Below are positions 19,111-29,509 of a stretch of DNA of 64,000 bases, one piece after another. This DNA comes from a virus. Lineage: Duplodnaviria > Caudoviricetes. The stretch spans positions 128,001-192,000 of IMG/VR virus record IMGVR_UViG_3300008740_000001; one strand, written 5' to 3'. Position 1 is the stretch's first letter; every line of letters starts with the position of its first letter. The notes beneath the pieces are model-generated. The model saw only the letters and a program-made list of their open reading frames with translations, ran no database searches and had not been told where the DNA came from. The translations under genes were made by a program, and so were the position numbers.

Positions 19111-20469
19111 ATGGAAGAAAAGGTGGATTTCGGCCGCTACGGTAAGAGGTTTCAAGAGGGACTGTGCCAGCTGGTTTTGCAAGATAGGCCCTTTGCTGAT
19201 CGTATCACTGAAGTGCTGGATTTAAACTTTTTGGAACTGGCATATTTGCAGACTTTCGTTAAGAAGATTGTAGAATATCGTGACAAGTATGGTGTTCACC
19301 CCGAATACGAAACCATGCTTACGATCTTGCGAACCGAAATAGAAGACGAGCCAGAAGTTGTCCAAAAGCAAGTACGCAGCTTCTTTGCGCGCATTCACAA
19401 GTCCGACGTTGAAGGGCCAGAGTATATCAAAGAAATTTCTCTAGATTTTTGCAGGAAGCAGAAATTGAAAGAAGCTATGTTGGAATCTGTGAAGCTTCTG
19501 AAGTCATCCTCATATGATGAGATTTCGCAAGTTATCAACGAGGCTCTTAAGCTCGGATCTGACAATAATTTTGGATATGACTATGTTGCTGATTTCGAGG
19601 AACGCTTTAAGTTTAAGGCCCGGGATCCGATCTCAACAGGCTGGGCCGAGATCGACGCGATCTGTAAGACCGGTCTCGGCAAGGGCGAACTGGGCGTCGT
19701 CATTGCTCCCACGGGTACTGGAAAGTCGATGGTATTGGTACATTTAGGCGCGGAAGCCTTACGACAAGGCAAAACGGTAGTGCAGTATACATTGGAACTT
19801 CAGGACACAACCATCGCCACGCGCTATGATAGCTGCTTAACCAACATCCCACTAGATGAACTAGTGGGGTTCAAGGAAGAGATCTTTGAATTGGTTCAAG
19901 ATATCGAAGGGAAGTTAATTATTAAGGAATACCCGACAAAATCAGCCTCTCTTAAGACGATTAACAACCATCTCGATGGCCTGAAGAAGAGAGATATTGA
20001 TGTTGATGTGGTAATCGTTGATTATGCAGATCTTTTGCGACCAATTAATTCTCAAAGAGAGAAAAGAATGGAACTGGAGGCTATTTACGAAGGACTACGC
20101 GCAATTGCACAAGAGCGCAAATGCGCAGTATGGACGGCCTCGCAGACAAATCGCGGAGGTCTGAACGCAGAGGTGATTACAATGGAGTCAATTTCAGAGG
20201 CTTTTAACAAGTGTTTTGTTGCAGACTTTATTTTTTCGGTTTCTCGCACAGTGCAAGACAAGGCCACCAATAGTGGGCGAGTATTCATTGCAAAAAACAG
20301 AAATGGCCCTGATGGTTTGATTTATCCTATATACATGGATACTAGCAGAGTCAAGATAAAAGTATTTCCCAGCCAAAACGAAACCATTGAGGGCATCGCT
20401 GCCGTATCAGCTAAAGAACAGCAACAGTCTCTAAAGGACAAGTACAAAAAATTTAAAAGGAAAGATTAA
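19111..20469 (+). CDS. Replicative DnaB-family helicase (gp41-like)
   Basis: Walker A APTGTGKS, IIKEYPT, IVDYADL, TASQTNR, KNRNG. Confidence 0.92.
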   Translation: MEEKVDFGRYGKRFQEGLCQLVLQDRPFADRITEVLDLNFLELAYLQTFVKKIVEYRDKYGVHPEYETMLTILRTEIEDEPEVVQKQVRSFFARIHKSDVEGPEYIKEISLDFCRKQKLKEAMLESVKLLKSSSYDEISQVINEALKLGSDNNFGYDYVADFEERFKFKARDPISTGWAEIDAICKTGLGKGELGVVIAPTGTGKSMVLVHLGAEALRQGKTVVQYTLELQDTTIATRYDSCLTNIPLDELVGFKEEIFELVQDIEGKLIIKEYPTKSASLKTINNHLDGLKKRDIDVDVVIVDYADLLRPINSQREKRMELEAIYEGLRAIAQERKCAVWTASQTNRGGLNAEVITMESISEAFNKCFVADFIFSVSRTVQDKATNSGRVFIAKNRNGPDGLIYPIYMDTSRVKIKVFPSQNETIEGIAAVSAKEQQQSLKDKYKKFKRKD

Positions 20470-20473
20470 TACA

Positions 20474-22444
20474 ATGAGAGAGAACACAACAGTTAGAAAA
20501 TTCCGGCTCTCCGATACTTTTATCGAGCCGTACAAAACAGCAGAGGTGCCGTGGGGCCCTTTAGGTTATGTAACCTTTAAAAGAACCTATTCGCGGCGCC
20601 TAGATGAATTTGATTCAAGTGCCACGGGGACTGAAGAGTGGTGGCAGACATGTCGACGTGTCATAGAGGGCATGTTTACAATCCAGAAGCGCCATGTTTA
20701 TATGCTCGGATTAGAATGGAACGACGCCAAAGCCCAGCGAACGGCAAAAGACGCCTACGATAGACTCTTTAGTCTTAAGTGGACCCCTCCCGGCCGTGGC
20801 CTGTGGATGATGGGCACAGATTTCGTTGAAACTCGCACTGGCGCTGGCTTGTTCAACTGCGCATTTCGTTCCACCAAGGAACTCTCGTCAAAGGGTGGAT
20901 ACCTTTTTAAGTGGATTATGGACGCTTTGATGGTAGGCATTGGTGTGGGTTTCGACACGCTCGGCGCCGGTTCAGTTACGATCAAGGAGCCAACATGGAC
21001 AGACGAGATTTATCACATCGCAGATTCCAGAGAAGGTTGGGTCGAGAGTGTTGGCATACTCCTCAATGGTTACTTTTTCGGAGAAAAGGTACCAGAGTTT
21101 GACTATTCGCGAATCCGCCCTCTTGGCGCCAAGATACGCGGCTTTGGAGGCACCTCCTCCGGTCCCGCACCGCTCATCGAACTACACAATAATCTTAAAA
21201 TTATGTATTCAAACAGAATTGGGAAAACAATCACTTCTGTAGATATCGTGGATACAGAGAATCTTATTGGCCGCTGTGTTGTTGCTGGGAATGTCCGCCG
21301 GAGCGCAGCACTAGCGCTTGGCCAATATGATGATCGCGAATATCTTGAAATGAAGAACGACGAAGACGCTCTCTATCACCACCGATGGGGTTCAAACAAC
21401 TCTTTTGTGGCCGAAGTTGGTATGGACTATACTTGGCATGCCGAACAATCTCAAAAGAATGGTGAGCCGGGATACATCTGGCTTGATCAGGCACGCTCAA
21501 AGGGGCGCTTTAAGGATCCGAATCGGTATGACGACAAAAACATTATGGGGTTCAACCCATGCGTAGAGCAACAGCTTGAAGATGCGGAATTGTGCTGTTT
21601 GGTAGAAACATATCCAGCAAAGCACGACAGCTATGAAGATTATGTTAAAACGCTAAAGATTGCGTATCTATATGGCAAAACAGTAACCTTGGTGAACACA
21701 CACTGGCCAGAGACTAACGCAATCATGCTCAAAAACCGGCGCATCGGCCTCTCTCAAAGTGGCGTGATTCAGGCGTTCAACAAGCATGGTCGTCGACAAA
21801 TGTATAATTGGTGCGACCGGGCCTATGATCACGTACAGGATTTGGATGAGCAGTATTCCGACTGGTTGTGTATCCCCAGATCTGTACGTATGACTTCGAT
21901 TAAGCCATCAGGAACAGTATCTCTGCTGAACGGATCTACTCCCGGGATACACTTTCCAGAGGACGAATATTATATTCGGAGAATTAGATTTTCGAAAACT
22001 TCGGAATTAATTAAAACTTTGGAAGAAAACGGTTATAATGTAGAGGATGACAAGTATTCGCCTAATACTGTAGTCGTAGACTTTCCGGTACATGAGCCGT
22101 ATTTTCATAAAGGCAAGAGGGATGCTAGCATGTGGGAACAGCTTGAAATAGCTGCACAATATCAGCACTATTGGGCCGACAATTCGGTTTCAGTAACTGT
22201 ATCGTTTAAGCCCGAAGAGGGCCCGCAAATTAAGTCTGCGTTGGAAATGTATGAAACGCGACTCAAGGCTGTCTCGTTTTTGAAGTATGAAAAGACGGGC
22301 TATGTCCAAGCGCCCTACGAGCCAATATCTAAAAAGAAGTATGAAAAGTTAATGGCGAAAATTACCCCATTCCAGCGGGCCGAAACAACCGACGCAGGCG
22401 CCGGAACCAAATTCTGTGATGGGGATACTTGTGTGATCAATTAG
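20474..22444 (+). CDS. nrdJ: Class II (adenosylcobalamin-dependent) ribonucleotide reductase
   Basis: PPGRGLW, FNC, GNVRRSA, FNPCVEQ, TSIKPSGTVS, C-terminal FCDGDTC; monomeric RTPR type. Confidence 0.92.
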   Translation: MRENTTVRKFRLSDTFIEPYKTAEVPWGPLGYVTFKRTYSRRLDEFDSSATGTEEWWQTCRRVIEGMFTIQKRHVYMLGLEWNDAKAQRTAKDAYDRLFSLKWTPPGRGLWMMGTDFVETRTGAGLFNCAFRSTKELSSKGGYLFKWIMDALMVGIGVGFDTLGAGSVTIKEPTWTDEIYHIADSREGWVESVGILLNGYFFGEKVPEFDYSRIRPLGAKIRGFGGTSSGPAPLIELHNNLKIMYSNRIGKTITSVDIVDTENLIGRCVVAGNVRRSAALALGQYDDREYLEMKNDEDALYHHRWGSNNSFVAEVGMDYTWHAEQSQKNGEPGYIWLDQARSKGRFKDPNRYDDKNIMGFNPCVEQQLEDAELCCLVETYPAKHDSYEDYVKTLKIAYLYGKTVTLVNTHWPETNAIMLKNRRIGLSQSGVIQAFNKHGRRQMYNWCDRAYDHVQDLDEQYSDWLCIPRSVRMTSIKPSGTVSLLNGSTPGIHFPEDEYYIRRIRFSKTSELIKTLEENGYNVEDDKYSPNTVVVDFPVHEPYFHKGKRDASMWEQLEIAAQYQHYWADNSVSVTVSFKPEEGPQIKSALEMYETRLKAVSFLKYEKTGYVQAPYEPISKKKYEKLMAKITPFQRAETTDAGAGTKFCDGDTCVIN

Positions 22445-22453
22445 GAGTATATT

Positions 22454-22699
22454 TTGCGTCTTACAAAATTAAATCATCTTCTGGATGAGAGGCAGGCAAC
22501 TGGTAGGTGCCCAACGGGTAAACAGCACTGCTGGGTAGCGAGCGGGGAAGTCCGGTCGACCGCAGGAGGACACGTTGTATTGCATTTGCGTTGCAACAAC
22601 TGCAACAAGAGAGAAACGACCTTCTTAACCAACGAAGATTATAGAATACAAGAAACTGTTATCAACAATTCAATTAAAGAACACACCCATAGGAGTTGA
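22454..22699 (+). CDS. Hypothetical Cys-rich protein
   Basis: C..GKQHC...CNNC; TTG start after AGGAG. Confidence 0.5.
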   Translation: MRLTKLNHLLDERQATGRCPTGKQHCWVASGEVRSTAGGHVVLHLRCNNCNKRETTFLTNEDYRIQETVINNSIKEHTHRS

Positions 22700-22700
22700 G

Positions 22701-23018
22701 ATGAGTGATACAACCTTCATACCGTTCAACCGGTATATTTTAGTAAAGAGGCCTCCGCCTCTTGAGTCATCGGATTCAACAGGAATCCTTCTTCCAGACG
22801 AATACAAGAAAACACAGAGTCTTTATGAAACTGTGACTGTGGTGCGTACATCGCCAAACTGCGCCTTCAAAGACAGGATCAAGCCGGGATCTCAGATCGT
22901 GGTTCTTACAAATTTTTTGGAAGAAATCGAAATAGCTGGCGATATTATCACAGTTGTTCTCGAAAATCATGTTTTTGGCAAGTTGTCTTGCCACCTAGGT
23001 GAGCAGCATGGACAGTAA
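22701..23018 (+). CDS. groES: GroES/Cpn10-like co-chaperonin
   Basis: PFNRYILVKR...TGILLP...IKPGSQIV...LENHVFG follows the Cpn10 pattern. Confidence 0.65.
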   Translation: MSDTTFIPFNRYILVKRPPPLESSDSTGILLPDEYKKTQSLYETVTVVRTSPNCAFKDRIKPGSQIVVLTNFLEEIEIAGDIITVVLENHVFGKLSCHLGEQHGQ

Positions 23019-23226
23019 CCAACGTGCCTCGCTAGACGACAATCAGATGCTTTTTACGCTTTTGGCTGCGCTTGTCAAGCGTTCTGGCGGCGAGATTCGA
23101 ATTCCCGAAAACGAAATGGACGGGGTGACGAAGAAGGACATGGTGATGTTGTACTATGATCAAGAACAGAAAGAATTGATTTTGGCTACACATTTCCTCA
23201 CAAATAGAGAAGAGACAGAGCACTAG
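23008..23226 (+). CDS. Hypothetical protein
   Basis: Short ORF in a contiguous operon. Confidence 0.5.
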   Translation: MDSNQRASLDDNQMLFTLLAALVKRSGGEIRIPENEMDGVTKKDMVMLYYDQEQKELILATHFLTNREETEH

Positions 23227-23235
23227 GGAGTAAAA

Positions 23236-23799
23236 ATGAGTAATGATTTGCCTTTACCAAAGGCTCGAAATCTATATTTAGCAAAGCAGGTAGACCAAGC
23301 ATCTATGAATGCGCTGACAAAGGGCATTCTTGAAATTAATGATGACGATGAATATCTCAAAAAGCTATATGCAGTACATGACTTGGAATACAATCCAAAA
23401 CCTATAAAAATCTATATTGATTCTTATGGTGGGGCAGTGTACCAATGTTTTGGTTTGCTCGGCGTGATCGAGAAGAGCGGAACTCCCGTTCACACTATTG
23501 TCACGGGAGCAGCAATGTCTTGCGGATTTATGATTCTCATCAGTGGCCACCATAGGATGGGATATCCGCTATCTACCCCTCTTTATCATCAGGTTTCTTC
23601 TGGATTTTGGGGGAAGGTGCAGGACATAGAAGAAAAGCTAGAAGAGACCAAGAGATTGCAGAAAAAGATTGAAGAGATAACAATTTCTAAAACACAGATT
23701 TCAAAGAAAAAGTTAACTGATATTCTAAAGAAAAAGACCGATTGGTACATGACCGCAGAGGAGGCTTTGGGTTTAGGCGTTATTGATGAGATTGTCTGA
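23236..23799 (+). CDS. clpP: ClpP-family protease, copy 1
   Basis: YIDSYGG, AMSCG (Ser), YHQ (His), TDWYMTAEEAL (Asp). Confidence 0.88.
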   Translation: MSNDLPLPKARNLYLAKQVDQASMNALTKGILEINDDDEYLKKLYAVHDLEYNPKPIKIYIDSYGGAVYQCFGLLGVIEKSGTPVHTIVTGAAMSCGFMILISGHHRMGYPLSTPLYHQVSSGFWGKVQDIEEKLEETKRLQKKIEEITISKTQISKKKLTDILKKKTDWYMTAEEALGLGVIDEIV

Positions 23800-24634
23800 T
23801 AAGCACGTTTATCATTATGACAAGGTAATTGTTGGCAATTCTTTATCGGCATTATTATGCGGTTATCATACGGCCACACCGGTTCTTTCCTTGAATCCTC
23901 GACTGCCTCTGTTCTTTGAGAGATTCGAGCCAAATGTAAACTTGGAATTTTTGGGAATCAAAAACGAATCGCGTCAAATTCAAACCAATGTGGGTGAAGA
24001 AACTGTTGGAATAGAGAAAAGTAAAGTTTACCGCCGGCTCATTATGATTATGTCAATGGCCGGCCTGTTACCAATCGGCGCTAAAGCAAAATCGATGCGC
24101 CTCATGGAAGAAAAAAAGATAAGAGTAGTTTTGGACCATGCCAGAGCAGCCAACTTCGTTTGCGAGAATATAACAGTATTCGGAGATAATCTGTTAGAGC
24201 CAGAAATCCCTCCAGAACAATATATGGTTTTAGATTGGATGAATGTGCGCTCTGGCATGGTTCACCCTTATGACCGCATAAGTTCAGATTCAGACTTTGT
24301 TAACTGTATACATTTTTACCCTTCTAAGCGGATTGATGGCAGTCATTTGGACAAGAAAGACTTGGTGTGCGTATCATATCTCACAAGAGAGCAAATGGAG
24401 AATTACGAGTACTCAGACACTTATGCAAGATTCGAGATATCTGATCGCATGAAGGCTTTAGGCATTCGTGGAGCCCGCAATGGCAGGGATCCATCCAACC
24501 CAGAGAGATACAAATACTATGCGCTAAAGATCGAATCTGACCGACGAGAAGCAATGCGAGTGCCTCGTTCCGTCATCTTTGAACCAAAGGCAACCACGGA
24601 TTCATACTTGCAGTATTTGACAGAGAACTTGTGA
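23783..24634 (+). CDS. Hypothetical protein with Rossmann-like N-terminus
   Basis: YDKVIVGNSLSALL resembles a degenerate FAD-binding GxGxxG start. Confidence 0.45.
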   Translation: MMRLSDKHVYHYDKVIVGNSLSALLCGYHTATPVLSLNPRLPLFFERFEPNVNLEFLGIKNESRQIQTNVGEETVGIEKSKVYRRLIMIMSMAGLLPIGAKAKSMRLMEEKKIRVVLDHARAANFVCENITVFGDNLLEPEIPPEQYMVLDWMNVRSGMVHPYDRISSDSDFVNCIHFYPSKRIDGSHLDKKDLVCVSYLTREQMENYEYSDTYARFEISDRMKALGIRGARNGRDPSNPERYKYYALKIESDRREAMRVPRSVIFEPKATTDSYLQYLTENL

Positions 24635-25512
24635 GATTACGCCAAAGACACATCGCTGGCATCATCCCGGTGGCCGGCCGCGAAGATATTTTCGGTTTCG
24701 AATGGCCAGACTGTGTAATGCCTTTATCCGAAGATTATACTTGCGTCGAACGAAGTGTGCTTGAGTGCGCTTATGCTGGTTGTAAGACAATTTGGGTAAT
24801 TTGCAACGACGATGTGGCTCCCGTGTTAAAACACCGCATAGGCGAATATGTAAACGATCCAGTTTGGCAACATAGAAAAGACAAATATCCAAGTGATAGT
24901 CGCCGCATTATACCAGTCTTTTATGTCCCGACACATCCAAAAGATGTCAACAAGAGAGATTGTATGGCTTGGAGTATTATCTATGGTGCCCTAACTGCTT
25001 TTAAGATTGGTTCATCTCTTAGTAAATGGGTGGCTCCGTATCGATATTACGTGTCTTTTCCATACGGGATATATGATCCTTCTGTTATCCGAGAGCACAG
25101 AAATAGTATTAAAAAAGAAGAGGTTTTCGCCCTATCTTACGAGCAAAACACAGCAAAAGAGAATAAGTATTTGGGCTTTACCTTTGGGAAAGAAGAATGG
25201 CTAGAGTTTAGGCGGGTCATCCGCTCGGGAACGGGCATGTTCACGTCAGACAACATGGCAGAGGGCAAGTATCCCAGAACATTGTTGCCACTAGCTGAAA
25301 GATATTCCGCCAAAAATTTTTCACTTAGTAAAGTTCTGGCAGCCCTACAACCTACAAATTTAGTCGAGATTGATAGTTATAACTCAATAGACAGTTGGCA
25401 GGATTACGTCGATTATATGGCGTCCGAAAATATTTTAAAAAAACCACATAACTACTTGACAAGTGGTAAGAAATTGAATACAATATATAAAGAAGATAAG
25501 GAGTCTCAATGA
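24631..25512 (+). CDS. Divergent sugar nucleotidyltransferase (NTP_transferase-like)
   Basis: IAGIIPVAG...PDCVMPL...SVLECAYAGCKTIWVI follows the RmlA/GlmU N-terminal layout. Confidence 0.55.
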   Translation: MRLRQRHIAGIIPVAGREDIFGFEWPDCVMPLSEDYTCVERSVLECAYAGCKTIWVICNDDVAPVLKHRIGEYVNDPVWQHRKDKYPSDSRRIIPVFYVPTHPKDVNKRDCMAWSIIYGALTAFKIGSSLSKWVAPYRYYVSFPYGIYDPSVIREHRNSIKKEEVFALSYEQNTAKENKYLGFTFGKEEWLEFRRVIRSGTGMFTSDNMAEGKYPRTLLPLAERYSAKNFSLSKVLAALQPTNLVEIDSYNSIDSWQDYVDYMASENILKKPHNYLTSGKKLNTIYKEDKESQ

Positions 25513-28500
25513 AAACAAACCCCAACAGGAAGAAGGGAAGTCTTCCCTTCGTAAACCTTCATGCTCACAGTGTGGCCGGATCGATCTTCGATGCGATTGG
25601 GTACCCGCAAGATCATATGGATTTCGCATATGAAAACGGGCTTAACGCCTTGGCACTCACAGATCATGGAAACATGAATGGATTGGCATATCAGGTCTTG
25701 CATGGTAAGAAAATGGCAGAAGAAGGAAGGGACTTCAAACCGATTTATGGTGTTGAGGCGTACTTCGTTCCGTCCCTTTCGCAATGGAGAACAGAGTATG
25801 AGAAGGTCATGGAGGATAAGAAGAAGGCACGCTCTTCTGCCAAGGGTCTTCAATCCGGCGCAACCGTAGAGGACTCTCATGAGTCGAAGCGAGCAATGAA
25901 TAACGTTCTAAAGCGCCGCAGTCATTTGGTCCTGTTGGCTCAAAACCAAGAGGGCTTGAATAATATTTTCAAACTTATTTCTGAAAGTTATAAGGCAGAA
26001 AACTTTTATCGATATCCGCGTATTGATTACGCGCTTCTGGAGAAATATAGTGATGGCATTATTGCCTCATCTGCATGTCTGGGAGGTATTTATGCCGGAG
26101 ATTACTGGCGTGCTAGCACCTATGACGAGGAGGGAAATCGCACCGGCGTCGACACTGATGCTGCTTTGGAATCCATGAGGGAAACGACGCAGCGTATGCA
26201 GTCGATTTTCGGAGATAGGTGGTACGGAGAACTGCAGTGGAACAACATCAAGGAACAGCATGAGTTGAACAACATGATCATTCAAATGGCTACAGAGTTT
26301 GACATGGACTTGATTTCTACGGCAGATAGTCATTATCCAAATCCCGATGCTTGGAAGGATCGTGAACTCTATAATCGCCTAGGCTGGCTTGGCAAGGGGC
26401 GCCCATCGTGGGCCGAAGAAGATTCGGATCTACCTGTGGATGTCGATGAGATCGGGTACGAACTATATCCCAAGAATGGTGATCAGATGTGGGATTCGTA
26501 TAGAAAGTACTCCAAGCACTGCAATGTAGAATACGATGATACTGTGGTTCGCAACTCTATTACAAACAGTTACGCCATTGCAGAGGAACGCATTGAGCGC
26601 TTCTTTCCCGATAACACAGTTAGGCTTCCAGACTTTGTTGTTCCGGTTGGAATGACCGCAACTCAAGCATTAGTAAAGTTGTCCATGGATGGCCTTAACG
26701 AACTTGGCTTGGCTGAAAATGAAGAGTATCTTGGAAGACTTAAGTCGGAACTAAAGGTCATCGATGATCGAGGCTTCTCAAAGTACTTCTTGACTATGAA
26801 GGCGATCTCTGATCGTGCTACTGAGACGATGCTCACCGGGCCCGGTCGAGGCTCCGCTGCTGGCTCATTGGTGGCGTATGCTTTGAAGATTACACAAGTT
26901 GATCCGATTAAACACGGCTTGTTGTTCTCTAGATTTCTGCGTTCAGACGCAACGGACTACCCAGATATTGATTACGATGTGGCCGATCCGATGGCCCTTA
27001 AGGAGCAGCTAATTGAAGAATGGGGAGAGGATACCGTTGCTCCAATCTCTAACTGGAACACGCTGCAGCTTCGCTCCTTGATCAAAGACATTTCCAAGCT
27101 GTATGGTGTCGAATTTACCGAGGTTAATAAGGTGACATCTACAATGATGTCAGAGGCAACACCTGCTGCAAAGCAAAAGCATGGAATCAAGGCCGGCGTA
27201 TACGCGCCAACTTGGCAAGAAGTTGTCGAGTTCAGTCCTACGTTGCGTGATTTTCTAAACAAGTATCCAGATATCCGCACACACGTTGAAACTTTGGTTG
27301 GACAAGTCCGCTCGTGTTCCCGGCATGCCGGTGGTGTAGTGGTAGCCGAAAATCTTGATCGGCATATGCCGCTGATCAACTCGGGAGGAGTTAGGCAGAC
27401 CCCGTGGTCTGAGGGACAGAATGTCAGGCACCTTGAGCCCATGGGGTTCATTAAATTTGATATTCTGGGTCTGGCTAGTCTTCGGATGATCGACGGAGCT
27501 ATTCGCCACGTTCTCAAGAGGCACCATAACATAGAACAGCCCACATTCTCAGATGTGAAGGACTTTTATAATAAGCATCTCCATCCTGACACAATTGACT
27601 TTGATGATCAGGCAGTATATGAAAATGTTTTTCATGCAGCAAAGTGGGCCGGCGTGTTTCAGTTTACAGAGACTGGCTCACAGAACTTCTGTGTACGTGC
27701 ACAGCCACGCAGCATTATTGATCTGTCTGCAATCACTTCGATCTTTCGACCGGGCCCACTCTCGGCCGGCGTGGATACTGATTATGTGGACGCAAAAACT
27801 TCCCCGCAGTATATTAAGTATGCGCACCCGCTCGTGCAAGAGGTCACCGAGGAAACTTATGGATTTCTGATCTTTCAAGAGCAGATTGCCCTCTTGGCAC
27901 ATAAGCTTGGCAAAGATTTGAGTCTGGATGAGGGCAACAAGTTGCGCAAACTCCTTACCAAGAAGGGCACTGGCAGTGCGGCCCGCGAGAAGAAGCGAAT
28001 TCACAAGAAGTTTGTAGACGGTTGCACCGAAAAGGGAATGAAGAAGGATGTGGCGCAGAGACTCTGGGAGACATTTGAGTACTTCTCGGGATATGGCTTC
28101 AACAAGTCGCATGCAGTTTCATATAGTATTCTATCGTTCCAGTGCGCATGGTTGCTGAACTACTACCCGTCTGAGTGGGTGGCAGCATTTCTTGACAAGG
28201 AGCCGGAGTCTCGCAAGGAAAAGGCAATTGGTATTGCCAAGAGTCTTGGCTTTGAGATTGAGCCGCTGAACGTCAACACATCTGGCAGGGTGTGGGAGAT
28301 TACGGAATCTGGTACAACACTAGTCCAGCCGTTTAACTCGATTAAGGGTCTTGGTGATGCTGCGATTGATCAGATTTTAAACAATAGACCGTTTAATAAC
28401 ATTGAAGAGTTTTTGTTTAACGAAGAGATCTCTTATTCTAAGCTGAACAAGAAGGCTCTGGACGTATTGATCAGAAGTGAGGCCTTGGATACTCTCATGG

Positions 28501-28988
28501 ATGAGCGCTTTACCGGGGCGAAGCACTTCTGGTCTGCGGTGGCTGTGGACCGACCGAAGAATAAGAAGAAGTTTCTAGAGAACGTTGAGCTTTATCGACC
28601 AGAGGGAGATTTTACAGAAGAAGAGAAGATCCAGTCTATTGTTGATTTGACAGGATCGTTCCCTATGAGTCGAGTCATCGACGAAGATGTGATGCAAAGG
28701 CTTGAGGAAAAGTGTATCCCGCCCATCGCGGAATACGATTCAGACTTGCAAGTAACTTGGTTCATTCCTCGCAAGGTTACAGCTAAGAAAACAAAGAACG
28801 GCAAGCTCTATTGGATTCTAGAAGTTATTGATTCAACCAATTCGCTTACCAAGATTCGTTGTTGGGGCGTAAAGCCGGAGCAAGATCGTATTCTTATGAA
28901 CCGGCCCTATCTTGCTAGGTTGGACCACAATCAACAGTGGGGGTTCAGCACGCGCTCTATTCGATACAATTTTCGACTACTGGGATAA
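25509..28988 (+). CDS. dnaE: DNA polymerase III alpha subunit
   Basis: PHP domain (HAHS, TDHG, YGVEAY), GRGSAAGSL, PDIDYD, KFDILGL, YGFNKSH, C-terminal OB fold. Confidence 0.96.
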   Translation: MKTNPNRKKGSLPFVNLHAHSVAGSIFDAIGYPQDHMDFAYENGLNALALTDHGNMNGLAYQVLHGKKMAEEGRDFKPIYGVEAYFVPSLSQWRTEYEKVMEDKKKARSSAKGLQSGATVEDSHESKRAMNNVLKRRSHLVLLAQNQEGLNNIFKLISESYKAENFYRYPRIDYALLEKYSDGIIASSACLGGIYAGDYWRASTYDEEGNRTGVDTDAALESMRETTQRMQSIFGDRWYGELQWNNIKEQHELNNMIIQMATEFDMDLISTADSHYPNPDAWKDRELYNRLGWLGKGRPSWAEEDSDLPVDVDEIGYELYPKNGDQMWDSYRKYSKHCNVEYDDTVVRNSITNSYAIAEERIERFFPDNTVRLPDFVVPVGMTATQALVKLSMDGLNELGLAENEEYLGRLKSELKVIDDRGFSKYFLTMKAISDRATETMLTGPGRGSAAGSLVAYALKITQVDPIKHGLLFSRFLRSDATDYPDIDYDVADPMALKEQLIEEWGEDTVAPISNWNTLQLRSLIKDISKLYGVEFTEVNKVTSTMMSEATPAAKQKHGIKAGVYAPTWQEVVEFSPTLRDFLNKYPDIRTHVETLVGQVRSCSRHAGGVVVAENLDRHMPLINSGGVRQTPWSEGQNVRHLEPMGFIKFDILGLASLRMIDGAIRHVLKRHHNIEQPTFSDVKDFYNKHLHPDTIDFDDQAVYENVFHAAKWAGVFQFTETGSQNFCVRAQPRSIIDLSAITSIFRPGPLSAGVDTDYVDAKTSPQYIKYAHPLVQEVTEETYGFLIFQEQIALLAHKLGKDLSLDEGNKLRKLLTKKGTGSAAREKKRIHKKFVDGCTEKGMKKDVAQRLWETFEYFSGYGFNKSHAVSYSILSFQCAWLLNYYPSEWVAAFLDKEPESRKEKAIGIAKSLGFEIEPLNVNTSGRVWEITESGTTLVQPFNSIKGLGDAAIDQILNNRPFNNIEEFLFNEEISYSKLNKKALDVLIRSEALDTLMDERFTGAKHFWSAVAVDRPKNKKKFLENVELYRPEGDFTEEEKIQSIVDLTGSFPMSRVIDEDVMQRLEEKCIPPIAEYDSDLQVTWFIPRKVTAKKTKNGKLYWILEVIDSTNSLTKIRCWGVKPEQDRILMNRPYLARLDHNQQWGFSTRSIRYNFRLLG

Positions 28989-29025
28989 GTTATGCTCTAA
29001 ATAAAGGTACGATTCTCTAAAAATT

Positions 29026-29040
29026 TACTATTTATAAATG
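29026..29040 (+). promoter_or_regulatory. Putative late promoter motif TACTATTTATAAATG
   Basis: Identical 15-mer at 43846-43860; variants at 2386 and 35622; all precede putative virion genes. Confidence 0.55.
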
Positions 29041-29062
29041 CGAACCTGCAGGAGTCCCAAAT

Positions 29063-29509
29063 ATGTTTTTAACAGAAGACCTTTTGAAGAAGCTGATTTC
29101 AGAAATCAGAGATGAATATTTAACACAATTACCATCCACAGCGGATGCACCCATAAGCGATACGGAAGCCTCAATGGATGCTTTCACTGCCGAACTGGAA
29201 GAGATTGAGATCGATCCCGGCGAAGGCGTGCACTTTATGGGCAAAGCTATGAATTATGATGAGTTTTTGGCAATTCTTGGAAACTACATAGCAACCAGAG
29301 AGCAGCGTCGTCACGGAGGCCAGCCTGATAAGTATCTCCGAAAGGAAATTAAGGCTGCTGTGAGAGACGCCCTTGTTAGAGTCCCCCAGATGATAGCTGA
29401 TGCTATCGCAGAAGTGCTCGAAGACCGTCTTGAAGATGACAGTTGGGAGTATGGCCCAGAATCTAGACGACCCATGACGCCCGAAGAGAAGGAGGATTGG
29501 GGATTATGA
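29063..29509 (+). CDS. Acidic putative head-packaged protein
   Basis: N-terminus MFLTEDLLKKLISE; preceded by the late motif. Confidence 0.55.
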   Translation: MFLTEDLLKKLISEIRDEYLTQLPSTADAPISDTEASMDAFTAELEEIEIDPGEGVHFMGKAMNYDEFLAILGNYIATREQRRHGGQPDKYLRKEIKAAVRDALVRVPQMIADAIAEVLEDRLEDDSWEYGPESRRPMTPEEKEDWGL

